Source: a virus. From it: DNA of 64,000 bases. The number at the start of each line of letters is the position of its first letter. Position 1 is the stretch's first letter. The stretch lies in the IMG/VR virus record IMGVR_UViG_3300006735_000027, positions 1-64,000 of that record. The stretch is one strand, 5' to 3'. A program made the position numbers and the translations under genes. The notes beneath the pieces were generated by a model. It searched no databases and was not told the origin of the DNA. It saw nothing but the letters and a program-made list of their open reading frames with translations. Of the stretch, positions 18,733 to 32,300 are shown piece by piece.

Positions 18733-20388
18733 TCATCCTCTCCTATTCTTCAGGTAGCGACTGTGCACAGCGCCCAGTTTGAGATGGTTGCTACGCGCCT
18801 CTGGGTTGGAAGCGGTAGACAACACGAACAATTCCTCGTCGTCGACGACGGCGTGGACGCTGGCTGACTTGATGACGACAGTGGTCGCACCGACAGACGC
18901 AGCGTGAATGTGACCTAATTTGTTTCCGTTGCGCTTGTACACGGCTTGGTTGTCGGTTCCAAAGATTGTGGTCGCATTGACCCCATCCACCGTGTACGAC
19001 GTCGTCCCTGCAGCATAACCAGCACCGTTGTTGATGAGCACGCCAGTGCTTTGGAGCAGTAGTGCTCCGTTGATGTTGTTTCGATGCACGGAGCCAAGCG
19101 TGTAGCCTACACCCCGGTTCATGTCCACGCGCTCAGCGATTTGCCACGACACGCGGAATTTGAACCCGAACGAGGTAGAGAACTCTTCTACGGCAAACTG
19201 TCGATTGCGTTCCTCGTTTGCCTCAACGCTGCCGCTAACGTCAATCTCTTGGAAGCGCTGAAGCACATCTTCGAGCGCAACATCGACCGAATTGACGTGC
19301 AGTTCAGTTCTGCGGGAGTTCAAGTCAAGCCGACTACCGAGGATGATGTAGCGTTCGTTGTCGACGCGAGTCTGGTGAGAAATCATGTCGCCGGGGTGCA
19401 TGTTGCCAGCACCAATAACGTCGAGCAACTTCTTGGAGCCAGTGGCGTTCTTCGCCATCCGAAGCATACGCCTACCAATGGCTCGTGCACTGGCTTTGGT
19501 TACAGCCGTCGGAGCGTGAATACCTCCCGGCACCTCGACAATACCAGTCTCCTGACGCCCGAAGTCATCGACTTGCACCACGTTCGAGTGGTTGTTTGCT
19601 CGTGGCTGGCCGCGGACAACTACGCGATTCGGCGCACTTTCGCTGTCGTCATCGAGGGTGCCACCCATGACTCGGCTTTCATTGACCAAGTATTCGCGCT
19701 CGATGTTGGACTGCGGGAAGTAGCACACGTTGCCAAATCGGTCACTGCGTGGGCTGTAGCCATCATGCTTGGCCAAGAAGCGTAGTGCTGTGAACGCTTC
19801 AACCCCGTAGAAATCTTGAGCCAAAAACGTCGAAGAAGGCTGCTTGGCTCGCACACCGTTGATGCTGCTCGTGTTGGCTTTGGCTACACGCCCAGCGAGG
19901 TCAGAAGTCCGCATCCCCACTCCAACTTTCTGAGCAAAACGAATCGTTTTATCGGTGAAACCGATTTCGGATAGCGACCTGCCTTTCAGATTTTCCAGCC
20001 TGTAACGCGTTCCCTTCACCGCATCTTGGATTTGCGAGGTCACCAGCGCCTGCGTGTGGTCTTCGGCGCCAACCACAAGAGCAGGTAACTGCGTAGACGT
20101 AGTGACTTTGTCCACGTCGTAAAACAGTGCACCCTCGTAGCGCACGCTTTCCGTTGGGTTGTGAAGCAAACGAATGGTGTCCTCCTCTTCGATGAGGCGA
20201 TACTTGCGCTCAGCCGTAGGCACGAAGTCTGTTGCAGTTGGCTTTTCGACAGTGAAGCCCGCCTGCTTGCGCGTGTATTCACCATGGCGGACGGCGTTGT
20301 CGACGAATCGTGGCTTACGCACGCGCTTCATCACGGTGCTCTGGGCTGCATCAGCGCGCCCAGTCACGGTGTTCTTGCCAAGCGCCAT
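18733..20388 (-). CDS. Putative tail hub/baseplate protein
   Basis: 551 aa; DRFGNVCYF, PNRVVVRG and ARAIGRRML resemble hub-type tail proteins. Confidence 0.55.
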   Translation of the reverse strand: MALGKNTVTGRADAAQSTVMKRVRKPRFVDNAVRHGEYTRKQAGFTVEKPTATDFVPTAERKYRLIEEEDTIRLLHNPTESVRYEGALFYDVDKVTTSTQLPALVVGAEDHTQALVTSQIQDAVKGTRYRLENLKGRSLSEIGFTDKTIRFAQKVGVGMRTSDLAGRVAKANTSSINGVRAKQPSSTFLAQDFYGVEAFTALRFLAKHDGYSPRSDRFGNVCYFPQSNIEREYLVNESRVMGGTLDDDSESAPNRVVVRGQPRANNHSNVVQVDDFGRQETGIVEVPGGIHAPTAVTKASARAIGRRMLRMAKNATGSKKLLDVIGAGNMHPGDMISHQTRVDNERYIILGSRLDLNSRRTELHVNSVDVALEDVLQRFQEIDVSGSVEANEERNRQFAVEEFSTSFGFKFRVSWQIAERVDMNRGVGYTLGSVHRNNINGALLLQSTGVLINNGAGYAAGTTSYTVDGVNATTIFGTDNQAVYKRNGNKLGHIHAASVGATTVVIKSASVHAVVDDEELFVLSTASNPEARSNHLKLGAVHSRYLKNRRG

Positions 20389-20394
20389 GATACC

Positions 20395-23300
20395 TCACTC
20401 TCCGCTGTGGTCTCCGGTGTTGAAGGAGGTGTCGCCTTTGCTGCCTTTGGGGTGCAGAGTTTGACTGTGCCGCGGCTGCACGCTGAAGTCGCCCTCGTCG
20501 TCATCAGCAGAGCGACGACTCGCGTCGGCGCGGAAATGCTCCAACGTGTTCTCGGACATCACCATGCGGGCGACCGGAGAGCGAACGTCGGTCTTGTCGA
20601 AGCCGGCGACATCGGCGCCCTGAATCTTCGGACCGTTGCTGTCGGCAGTGGTCGGAGAAGCAGGGTCTACGTCGTACACGGGGGCGTAAGGAGGGCTGCT
20701 CGGAGTGCCAGTGCGAGCGCTGGGCGCGTCGCTGGTGAACAGCCCATACTTGCCGCCAGCCGTGGCACGATAGAAGTTTGAACCAGCCTGTCGTCCGCCT
20801 GTGTTGAGGAAGGCTCGGAACAGTTGACTGTGCTTGGCGTCGAGTGTATGCGCTGGTCGATACAGGAACTCGATGGTGCTGTCTGTATAGTTCACGTTCT
20901 CCTTGATGGGGTCGTGGTTGCTGTCTTGATACGGGTTGGATGAGGTCGAAGCGCCAGCCTTGCCCCAACCCTTGACGTCGAGGACGCCCGCGTGCTTGCT
21001 CCATTCCATGACGTAAGTGCCGCCAAGCGGCCACATGGCATGAGCATCAGAGTGCTTGACGACACCAGACACAGGCTTGTCTGACCAGTTGAGAGCAGTC
21101 ATGTCGAGGTCCTTGAGAGTGCGACTACCCACGTCGTAGGCACCGCGGATGTTTGTCCGTTGCCCCACTGCACGGTCCGTGTGCAGGCTGGATGCCTCTG
21201 TGGACATGACGACGTACTCCCGGCTCACGCCATCGTTGAGTTCAGCAATAGTGTCCACGTCAAGACCCAGACGCACGTCGTTGCGACTGACTGGCTCTGC
21301 ACCTCGCGTGTCGGCGTTGACCGTCTCGACACCCTCGCCCACGTGCGCGGAAGGCTTGAGCAAGCCGTCATCGCTGTTGAGGTCCACGCGGTCGCTGATG
21401 CCGCGCTCAATCTCACCGACCTGCAGCGTTGCGTTGCTTGGTCGCACAAGTCCTTGGCCAAACGCAGGCTCGGCGGTGCTATGGCTGAGGACCAGTCCAG
21501 TTGCATCGTGCGGCTCACTCACAGCCATCAGCAGGCTTTCGTTGAACACGGTGGGCCAGCGAACACCACGGCCATCTCCACGGTCGCCCACACGCAGCGC
21601 ACTGGCTGGGTTGAACCAATCAGCCGTGCCCATGTTGCTGGCAGCGTTGTTACCGCTGTTGTCGTTGCCGCTATAGCGGTCGTTTCCGTCGCCACCGAAT
21701 AGACCGTTGACCGCAGGGCGGTGCGTGACGTTGGTGTCTGCGTATGCGTCTTCAGGGTCCCACGATGGCCGCAACCCGAATCCACGCACAGGGAAACGCC
21801 TGACTTCTTCGCCACGCGTGTTGCCCCACCAGTCGACCATGTAGTGGCGATGAGCGCGAGCCAAGTCTTCAGTGCCTTGCCCTGCCTCATCGTTGGGGAA
21901 CAGACGCGTGGTCGTGGATGCGTTGCGCATGGTGCGGACCGGGCATCCGAACGGCCCAGTCATGCGGCGCCCGTCACTGTAACGCACCTGCCGACCAATC
22001 TGGTCCTGACCAAGCAGACTGGAGACTTGCGTGATGCGTTCAAGGATGCCGACGTAGAGCGCGTCGAATGTCCGGTCACTTTGTCCAGAATCCGAGCCAA
22101 CGTAGTCCCATCCATTTGTCTTGGAATCTTGCTGAATGAGTGGTCCGTGGTAGTAGCCAAGCATCGCGTTACTGTTCGCCACCTCAAGCCAGCCGCGCAC
22201 ATACGGCGACCAGCGAGGACGATTGAACAATTGGCGCACTGCCATTCGGTAACCGAAGCAACGATTGCGGTCATTGGGTAGTGAGAGCGTAGCGATGCCT
22301 GTCGAGTCTTGGTACGTCTCGCAATCCATGCCAAAGGTGTCGCTTCCCCATCCAATCAGCGCGTGGCCATAAGATTCCATCCGGCTTACTGCACCGCCGC
22401 CGTGGCTGCCGCCGGGCCAGAAGCCAGAGAAGTTGTACTTGTTGGAGCCAACCGTACCGCCCTGATGATTCAGTGTACCTGCCCCGTCAACCTTAGCGTC
22501 GATGTCGGAGGCGGTGGTCAGTGTGCCGTCGTGACTGAGTGCAGTACCCGCGTTGTTGTCGTGGTCATGAGGCGGAACAACCCACTTCATCGCCAGACCG
22601 AACGGCCCCTTGCTGGCAACGTAGTTGAAATCGTGGTAGTGAATGGTCTCGAAGTGCTCTGGTACGTGGTTGAGCGGTTTCTGGTCAACCGGCGTGTCCG
22701 CGGTCCCGGCGTTGGTGTAGAACGCTCGGCTGCTGTCGTCACTGTACCACGTGAATGGACGCCCGAGGTTCGGATGCCACATGCACAGGAACGCATCAGG
22801 TGCGTGCAGTGAGTTGGTGTCCCGACTACCGTTGGCGTATTGTGGCAGGTTGCGCGTCATGATGCTGACTTCGGAGCGGGTGAACAAGTCGTCAGACGGA
22901 CCGTTGTCGTAGGGTCGGCTGAGGCGGAGAATCGTATTCGCACCGATGTTGGCCCAGAATGCAGCACTGCCAGATACGCCAGAGAACGTGTCGCTTTCGC
23001 CCAGCGTAGCGTGGGCAAGCGTTCCCGTGCGGTTGGTGTAGGTAGCCGTGTACCGCACACCGTTCTTCGTGTATTCCAACACCTCACCAAAGTAGGGCTT
23101 GACGGGGAACATTGCGTTGTCGTCGACCGTGATGGTGGACGAGCCGTTGTCGCTGATGACGACGCAGTTTGGATTGAGGCTGCGCAGCCGCTTGTGCGGC
23201 TCATACAGGTCCAAGAATGACGTTGGGTAGCCTGCCAGCGTCATTTGTGCGCCGACAGCACCATAACCCACTCGACAGAACTCGTAGTAGTTATCTGGCC

Positions 23301-26300
23301 TATGCCACTCCAGATGTCGGAACTTGGCTGCGCCTGCTGCGTCAGCACCGTCTTTGTGCAAGATACCCCACCACGGGATAGTCAGCGTTCGACCCGGCGT
23401 TGCACTTTGGAACATGCCCGGTCGATAAGGTAGGCTTCTACGGGTGAAGGCTGGACTGCTGCTCTCTTGCACGCCCAGTGGGTTATAGAGCGCCAGTGGA
23501 GGCAAGTTCGTGAACTGACTACTCGCGTCCGGCTCGATGTCGAGTATAACTTCGTTGAGAATCACCTCGCATCCACGCACGTCAGCCATCATTGCCTCGG
23601 CAAGGATGAGGGCGTAAGCCCCACGAGTGGACACGTTCTTCTCGATGGCAATGACGGTGTTGACTTGCTGCCCCGTCAACTCGGTGACCTTGGTTCCCGA
23701 CTCACTGGGTGCCTTGTTCTCAGTCGCGTGGTTTTGATGAAAGCCCTGCAATTGCTGCTTGAACACGTTAGGCTGGATGATGATTTGGTATGCGCCGACC
23801 TCCAGCGGGTCAGGGAAGTGGTTGTTCATCGTGTAGGTGTTGGCTGCCTCTAAGACGAGCGTGTGCCCACCTTGAGCGTTGATGGTGCCTGCGTTCGCAC
23901 CTGCACTCGCCGCAATGCCGTAGCCTTCGTACTTCAGTTTGGTTTCAGTCAGGAGTGTGAACGCTCCGCCGTGAATGTCGCTCGGTCCGAATGGAGCCGT
24001 TGGTGTTGAAAACCAAACAAGCGGGTCACGTCCGTTGCCGTGCGTGAGCACCGTTGACGTCACGCTGGTGCGTGTACCCTCTCTGTTCCCAATCAGCGAA
24101 TCTTCGTAAGGTGCATGGTTAGAACTGGCGCAAGCCCGGTTCAGGCTATAGAGTCGCTGATATGCAGGATGCGCGTAGTGTCCGGGCATCATCGCCATGG
24201 TAGGTGTGACGTAGTGATGGCCCATGCGAGGAATAGGCATAGGCGTCATTTTTGGCGTCGTCATTCGCGTGTAAGGCGCAGACGGATTGGCCATCGCTCC
24301 CGTGCTTCCGGGCAGGTCACTATAGATGTCGAACCAGTCGAGTTTGACCATGTCGGGGCTGGCACCGCTGTATTCACTGTGGTCACGCAAGCGACGGGCT
24401 GCGAACATGCGCGTGCTACCAGCAGGCATGTAGTACGATGGGACGACCTTCAGACCTGTCTTACCCAAGACAAAGGATGCGAAGTCTGGGCTATAGACCA
24501 CGCCAGTGAATTTGTTTGTGGACACGCCCGTGTAGGAGGCGAGCACGCCCTTGTCCGTGGCGGGGTCATAAACGCGCAGGAAGTAGCGACCACCGCTCTG
24601 CTCTGTAGTGTCGGTCCAGACCGCGGCCTCAGGTGTAGAGGTAACGTTGATTTCTGTGCCACTATGACTCGAATAGGTAAGTTCGTCGAGGTCAAAGCGG
24701 TGCGTCATGCTTACGCCCATACGGGTAATGTGGAAAAACAGATTACGGTCATGAGGCTCGTAAGCCGATTCCAGCGGCGCGTTACTTGTGTGGTCCGTCC
24801 AACCTTCACTGGTGGATGCAGGGAACTTGAGGCGAGAGTCGCTCTTAGTAGTCGAAATGTCGACGGCGTCTTGGCTAAGGTGCTCCCAGCCGTTGTTTTC
24901 CCACGTCGGCCAGAGACGCGGGCCACTGTATTCGTTGTTGAACATCTGCCGAATCTGGGTGATATTTTGGGCGGGGTGCTGCAATCCACCCGAGCCAATG
25001 GTCTCGGTCTGGTACGCCTGAATCCGGTCAAATCCACTACGAATAATGATGTTCCCCGGAATCTCATCGGCATCTGGGAGGCGAATGCGGAGGTTGGGAT
25101 TTACGCCTGCACCCGCAAGAGCAGGAGCAAGTCCCTCGATTTCACGGTCGCTGATATGGCGGAAGTCGAGAATGACTGTGCCGAGCGGAGAGCCGCCGTC
25201 CAAGTGGTGTTCCTGACCCGTGTCGTCAACAACTTGCATGCTCTTGAACTGCTGGTCTTCGTTAGGGATGAGCAGTGCGTTCCTCACTTCAAGCGGGTGT
25301 TGTTCAGCCAGTTGGGGGTGACCCAGTTCCTGTGCTTGGATGATAGGGAACATTGCAGCGTTGGTCGTCTCGAAGGAGAAGCGCACGTTGCCCAGCACCT
25401 TTTCGCCCACCGTCTTGAAGTCGGTATCACTGCTGTCCTTACGCTGGACCCACGGAATCATGCCGAGGCCACGCGCGTTGACGGCCGGCATCGTCAGGCT
25501 ACCGCCATCCATACGCTTCCAAACGACGTGTTCAGGTAGGAAGTTCCGTGCTGCATGTCGGTTGCTGAAGTAACCGAACAGCCCGTTGTGAGGCATGTCT
25601 GTTGCGGCAGCATTGATGTTGAGGTAGTGGTCGTGGCTGCTGACGCCAATGCACTCTACACCGAGCGTGCTTGCGGACTCGTGAGCACCTGACTGAATCA
25701 CGACACTCTCATCCCAGAACAAGTCACCTGTTGGGTAGCGACAGGCGTTGGCCCTCACCATGTCCCCACTCTGAATGGTGCGATGCCACTGCGCATCGCT
25801 GGGAGCAGACCCAACGGCAGGGTAGTCGCTCTCCTCAATTGGGACGGAAAGCGAACTGTGAATCTGTGCCTCAACGTGCGGTCCAGCCGTAGCAGGGCCG
25901 ACGTAGCGGCTTCGGTTGTGCACTTTACCCGTGTTCCATGCAGTCGTTCCTGCATGAGCAATGTTGGTGCTTTGCACCATGTGCAACCAGTCACCTGTGC
26001 AGGAAATGCCGTCACGGTCAGCCTTAGCGATGATGGGTAGTTCGGCCTCGTGCGCAACGGCCACGAGGTGGCGTGTTGCCAGCCCGGTCACGCAGTAGTC
26101 TTGGACAAAGGTAGCCGCTGGGTTCTCTGTAGCCCCCGTAGGCGCACCTCCAGTAAGACAAGTTTCTGCAGCACCGTACGGACTGAAACCCAGCAACGGA
26201 TGCCATGCACCTAATCCTGCGAAGTGAACATCAGCGCCAACGCTGGTTTCAGCCTCATATGAGTTAAGGTAGGAATACGCTTCCCCGTGCCAGCCGACAG

Positions 26301-29300
26301 CACCGACAGGTTTGGTGCGGTCTACTGCGTCATGATAACCAGAAAAGTGCACCTGAGTCATGTGGTCACGCGAAGCAGTGCCTGTGTTGTTGTGACGATG
26401 CGTTCCAGCCTTAGTCCAGATATAAGCCTTGAAATCGGCTCCGGGTGCAATTGGATTGAGTCCAGAATCGACGATGTTTGTGGCAGTCGTGCCCGGAGAA
26501 ACAGCGAGTGTAAATGTGGTGTTGGGCGAGCCGACGCTATGTGATATGTAAGGGGCTGAGCCCGCAGACGTGCCATCGGAAACACGTAGCCAACCATACT
26601 CGGGATAGGTAGTCGCCGTACTGGTGACGACCAATGAAGCAGGTGTAGAACCGCTTTCTGCGGCGTATGAGACGACCGGCAACTCAACCCAGCCGTAGCG
26701 GTCTTGGTTGTGTGCGTTCTGCATGCTCGGCATGAACGTGCCACCAATGGCTTTCAGCGGGTCGTTGCCGGGGAACGTGTTGATGGCTCCGCTGAGCACT
26801 GCGCCCAGTTCCTCTGCATTTTGGCAACGCGTCGCGTCAACGATGACGACGTTCTCATCAACGACTTGGTCACCCTCAGACCCCGCGGATGCGTAAAAGG
26901 AGCGGTATGCCTTAGCCAGTAGACCGGCTGGCCGGAACGAAGTACCGTTGTGCTTGTTCCCGCTTCCAGTGGAAATGCGAGCACTGGCCACAGGGTTCTT
27001 TGGGTTCTTGGACACGTGGTCATCGAGGAAGTGGCCTCCGGGGTGATAGCCGCCGTCCATGTGCCATATGACTGAAGACTTGCGAGTGGTTGTGTGAGTG
27101 GCGCTCCCGATTGAAGCGCCAGCAAGGTCTGAGAACACGAAGTTGAACGGGTGGTAGTGTTTGGGTAGGTTACTGGTCGTAGCGACCGAACCCTCGAAGT
27201 AAAACGCCTTCGCAAGTGTTTGAGAATACGTTTTGCTTCCCGTTGCGTTTGTGTTAGGGAAGCCTTTGGCGGGTTGCCAGTTCATCGGGTAGTTGAAGCC
27301 CCGCGTGTTGTTCTGCTGGAAGAACGTCGTCATCGGCAAGTGTGCGGCGGCGCTGCTGGTCCTGTTTAGACCTGAGTGCTCCGTTGCATCACCGTTGGCT
27401 AATTGATTGGGGAGGAAGGAATCTTTGGCTGTGTTGCCACCAATGTAGATGGGCACTGCACTGTAGCCGTTACCAGTCGTAACGATGTTCGCGCCCTGCG
27501 GTTCGTGTGCGGCCGTGTTGTGAGGGAACGCCTGCCCCGGTCCGAAAATCATGTAGATGGTTTGGTCGGCAGAGTCGCCTGTCGCACTGTAGCGTGCGTG
27601 AGGATGTGCAAAGCGAAGGATGAGTGGCGTCGGGACGTTGATGGCAACGCTACGGCTGCCGTCGGTATAGGTCAGCCCTGTTGCCTTGGTGTTGGCGCCT
27701 TTGGCCATATCGTAAGACAGCAGTGCATCTTGGTTGAAGAACGGCGGGTGGTTCTGCCCACGATGCTGGTCAAGATACGGCGTGCCGGGGAACATAGCGA
27801 GCATCGCATTCGTGTCGATGAGTGCGTGAGAGCCAGCCATCTCACCGATGTTCTGGAAGCCCGCCGAGCCTGTCGGGCCAGAGGCGTAGGGATGAGTGTA
27901 GAAGTCAGCGTAGTCGTTCTGCGTGCCGTCGTTGATGTCGACCACTGCACCAGAGAAGCCACCGCCAAAGTAGAGCGGCACCCAGTGGTCAGGACTGTCG
28001 CGCCCACCACGGAAGTACAGGAAGGGGCTTGCGTTCTTGCTACCGGCTCGGCGCACGCCATCTGTACGAACGGCGTCGGATGCACGCGTCGTACCCTTGA
28101 ACAACGTGTCTCCGGCCACTACTGCAAAGTTGGCTGAGTGAGTTACCACGTCTAATTGAGTGACGCTACTGGCACCGGGCTTGCTGCGCACTTCGGCGTA
28201 TTCAGTGGTGCTGTACCACACAATGAGCGGCTCTCCCCACGTGTCCGCATCGTCAGAGGCAAGTTTGCCCAAAAGTGCGAGTGATTCGTTCGATGCGACC
28301 TCGATAGTGGAAAGTGCGCCTCCGCCTCCGCCGTTGAAGGTATGGACCTCGATGATGGGTGAATCAACGCGTGGAATGACGAGGTCACCGGGCACGTCAA
28401 TGAAGTTCTCGCCGCGCAAGTTACGCTGCCATGTCGTGACGTCCACGATGTTGTTCTGACTGTCGACGAGCACAGGCGTCGCCGTGTTTGCATTCGAGCC
28501 ACGATACTTCGTCGTGATGTGGAGAACGGTCTCAGGGATGTAGCCAACATCGAGTCGCGTCCCCGCATCGACCTCAGCGTTGCTCAGCCCACCAGTATGC
28601 TTGCTGGACACAACTGCGTCACTGGTAGCACCGTCCATCAGACCGAAGTCCTTGGTCCGCCGCACGTCGAACAAGCGCCCGAGCCGTACCCTGTCGGTGT
28701 TCCGAGCAACAACGTGGATGGCGTCTGCACTGACGCCCCACTCGCCCAGTGTGCGACCATCAGGCGCGAACATGTCTCGGCAGTCGAACGTCTCAGTCGT
28801 ACCACTGATGGCGTGCTCAACTGCTGCAGCCATGACCTCGTCGGTCAGAAGACAGGTGAAGTTGATGCGTGGACTCAGATACCAGTCGCCGTTGCTGTGA
28901 CTGGACGAGCCGCCAATGACGCCGAAGAACTTGTGCGGTCCAGCGTGACCATTGTGCGTTCGGCTGGTGTAGTAGAACGTGAGTCCTTGCGCCCCACTGG
29001 AGGCCTTGGACAACTGAAACATACCGCTTTCGGGGAATCCAAGGTAGCCAAGGAGGTCGGGGTGAGTCTGGAGGACGGCAGGTGCACTGGTGTCGTAGGA
29101 TGCCCCAAGCGTGATGGTCATGGTCCCAGAGGACAACGACGTCGTCGCTTTCGCACCGACGATTGGCGAGGGATAGTTGTTCCAAAGGTTACCCTTGAAC
29201 TTCTTGGCGGTGCCGCCTGTCTTTTCACCGCACACTTCGCCTGTGCCCACCATGTGTGCGCCGACGGTGAAGCCACCCTGCGACACGTCGCGGTCATCGA

Positions 29301-32300
29301 AATGGATGAGAATCTCTTCGTCGAGCGTGGGCGGCAGGTATGTGTTGTCGCTGGCGAACTTCTGCTCGTTCTGCCGGTAGACAAAGCGGATGGTGTGGTT
29401 ATCGCCGCGGTGGTCGACGAAGCGCAAGCCGTAGAGCGGTGACTTGCCGATATTCTCAGCCTTGAGGTCTGCTTGAGGAATGTAACCGTCAGCGCTACCC
29501 TCGGTGGTCACCGTCATGGCGTCAGCAACGTTGGACGCTGTACCATAACGCGACTGTAGATTCGACTCGGTGCCATCGTTGCCAAAGCCCCACTTACCTA
29601 CGTCAGGTGCCCAACCGGGAATACCAGCCTGCGTCAAGCCACCAAAGTTGATGCGAGCCCGTGCCTGCGTGCCCACTCGCAGACCGTCGACCAGCACTGA
29701 CGCAGGGCTCTTTGTCTCAAACGATTCGTTGAGAGCCGTGTTAGCGTTGCGACCACTCCCACCTTCGCGCGAAGCATCGGTAAGGGCCGTAGTGCTGTCG
29801 ACACGGTCAGGTCCGAAATCGAGGTTGTTGAGGAAAGCGTCGTTCGGATTCTCCGGCGGCAGGTGCTCTTTGAGCGTCGTGATGGGTGCGAATGGTCTTC
29901 CAAATCGGTTGATAGGCATCGGTGCAGGGTGCATGTTTTCACCCGTAACCTCGTCAGGTTGGCACCAGTAATTGCGGAAGCGACCGCCATGCCCAATAAG
30001 GAACTGCGGTCGATACGGGCTCTGGGCTTTGCTGCTGTCCAACCACGTACAGAAATTTCGACCGGCTGCACCCGGAACCGTCGAGTGGATGACGATTGAG
30101 AAGCCGGGCCGTCCGTCAGAATCGAGAACAACTCGGCCGAGGTGTGCGCGCACGTAGCCCATGTGCGTACCACGGTCATGGCTGGAGAATGCCTTGGAGG
30201 GGTCCCAGAACGGCGCAGGGTCGTGAGTCGAGGCTGTTGCGGCAAAGTCTGCGTGCAGGTGAGTAGCCGCCGGGTCGATGTTGGTACCAAAGGCACTGCT
30301 CTTTGGTCCGGGGCTGGCAAGGTTGAATTTGCTGCTTTCTCCAAGGAACTGGTCGTTCGGTCGCCGAGCATGCGTTTTGCCGTTCTTTGCTCCCGCTTGA
30401 TTGATGAGGCGGACGACTTCCAGTGCAGCAGATTCAATGCTGGTCACGCCGTCTCGCAAAGCAACTTCGCCCAAGTCAACCGTCAAGCGGCGAACAAAGT
30501 CCATCTTGGTCCAGTGTTCGAGGTATTTCAGACGCGTTTCATCATGACTGGTCAGGTCAAGCGTGCCCGCACGAATACCTTTCATGCCGAGGAATGCAGG
30601 AACAACACGCGTCCCGTCAGGTGTATCGAAGAACGTAGACCGTTCTCGTGTGTCCGCATCAATTTTCTGATGCTTCGCCAATGCGTCATCTGCAGCCGTT
30701 TTGACCGTAGCGCTGTTTGTTCGGTCAGAGAAGCCGTCGGTGGCCAAATCATCAGCGCCGCCAACGTAATGCGTGGACAGCCCATCAGTCACGCTTTCGT
30801 TCCAGTCGCTGTTATGAGCATAGGCTGATTCGATGAAGTCTGACTTGTGAGTCGAAATGATGTTCTTATTCTGCGAAGGGAAACCTGCGGCTACGTCCAA
30901 TCCAGAACCGGATGTTGCGGCACTGTGAATAGGTGTCTTGAACGAGGTTTCGTTGCCGATAGTCGAAGCAGCAGCGCTTGTCTGAACCTGCATGTGTAGG
31001 TCTTGGAATGCGATGAACTCGCGGTCATGCGCGACGTCGTAGAGGAGGATTCGGGCAAAGTCTTCAGTGCATTGGTACGGGTCAATGTAAGCCACGACGG
31101 GTGCAGTGGCTGAAGTCTTCAGTGCTTCGTAGTTCAACTGAATGGTCTTGTTGATGTGCTGCACGAGGTTCTGAGCCGTTTCAGTACACGTGTTTCCAAT
31201 CAAGAAATTCTCCATCGGAATGCTGTCGCGGGGGCTAACGTTGGGACCAGAGACACCACCGTTGAAGCCAGACCAAACCTCTGCTTCGTTGAGAGTGCCG
31301 CGGCTTTTGCAGAACAATCCCTCAATGGCGTGAGGGTTGGTGTAGTGCATGTTCATCCAGACAGTGTCGCCCTGCCGCAGCCCACCGCCGCAGAAGGGAT
31401 GAGCCCATGCACGATTGAGGAAGGTCTCCAGTGTCTGAGGGAATTGGTTTCCTGTAGTGTCGTGCAAGTCTTCGACGAAGATTTCGTCACCCACAGCAGG
31501 CGTAAAGCCTGAGTCTGGACTGACGATGGTTAGCACGTTGCCTACGCGGTTATCGTAGAAGCCACGATACGTCGTCCCAGCAGCGTCTTTCCAACCGACT
31601 CGGAATTTATAGTTGGAGTCGTGACTTGCGATAGGGAACAATGTTGCATCATCAAGTGTGATTGAGGTTGCGGGGCTACCAGTCACAGACACAGCCTTAG
31701 CACGCGGCCTCTTGTTGACGATGCGGGGTAAGTGCGGGTTGGATGTCGGTCCGGCGCGAAGTTCAATGGCGCTCACGTATTGCCGCAGGCCGTAGTCCAC
31801 GTTGCCACCCTGCGTCATCACATTCGCACGGTCAAAGTAGAACGGTCGACGACTTTCATGACCGGCGCTGATGAGGCTCGGGTTGTCCGCAATGCCCGGA
31901 TGAGACATGTCTTGATAGCCCGGAGACGGGAAGATATGTGCACCCACTTTGATGTCGCGCAGGAAGTGCTCACTGAATGCGTGGTCATCACCGCTGTCGA
32001 CGACCGTCAAGTAGTGGTCGGTGGTGTTCCGAGCGCTGTAAGTGACCCACTCGCCGCTGGCAAGGAAAGCACGTCGGTAGCGAGCACTACCTCCTAATTC
32101 GGCAACCTCGACCGGTGGTGCAGACGGAATTGGGAACAGGTTGGCATCTTCAACATACACGCGAGAGTTGCCCGAGTCGTATGGACGAGTGACCTTGGTC
32201 CCGCTACGATGGCTCTGATTTTGCACCGTGAAAGAGAACGGGCCAAAGAGTTCAGGGTCACGTGGAGCGACGGCCTCTGGTCGACGGCCAACGGGGCTGG

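Noticed and set aside
24115-25539. 474-aa + strand ORF inside the giant gene
   Set aside because: Antisense shadow ORF with an R/V/H-rich, non-protein-like composition.
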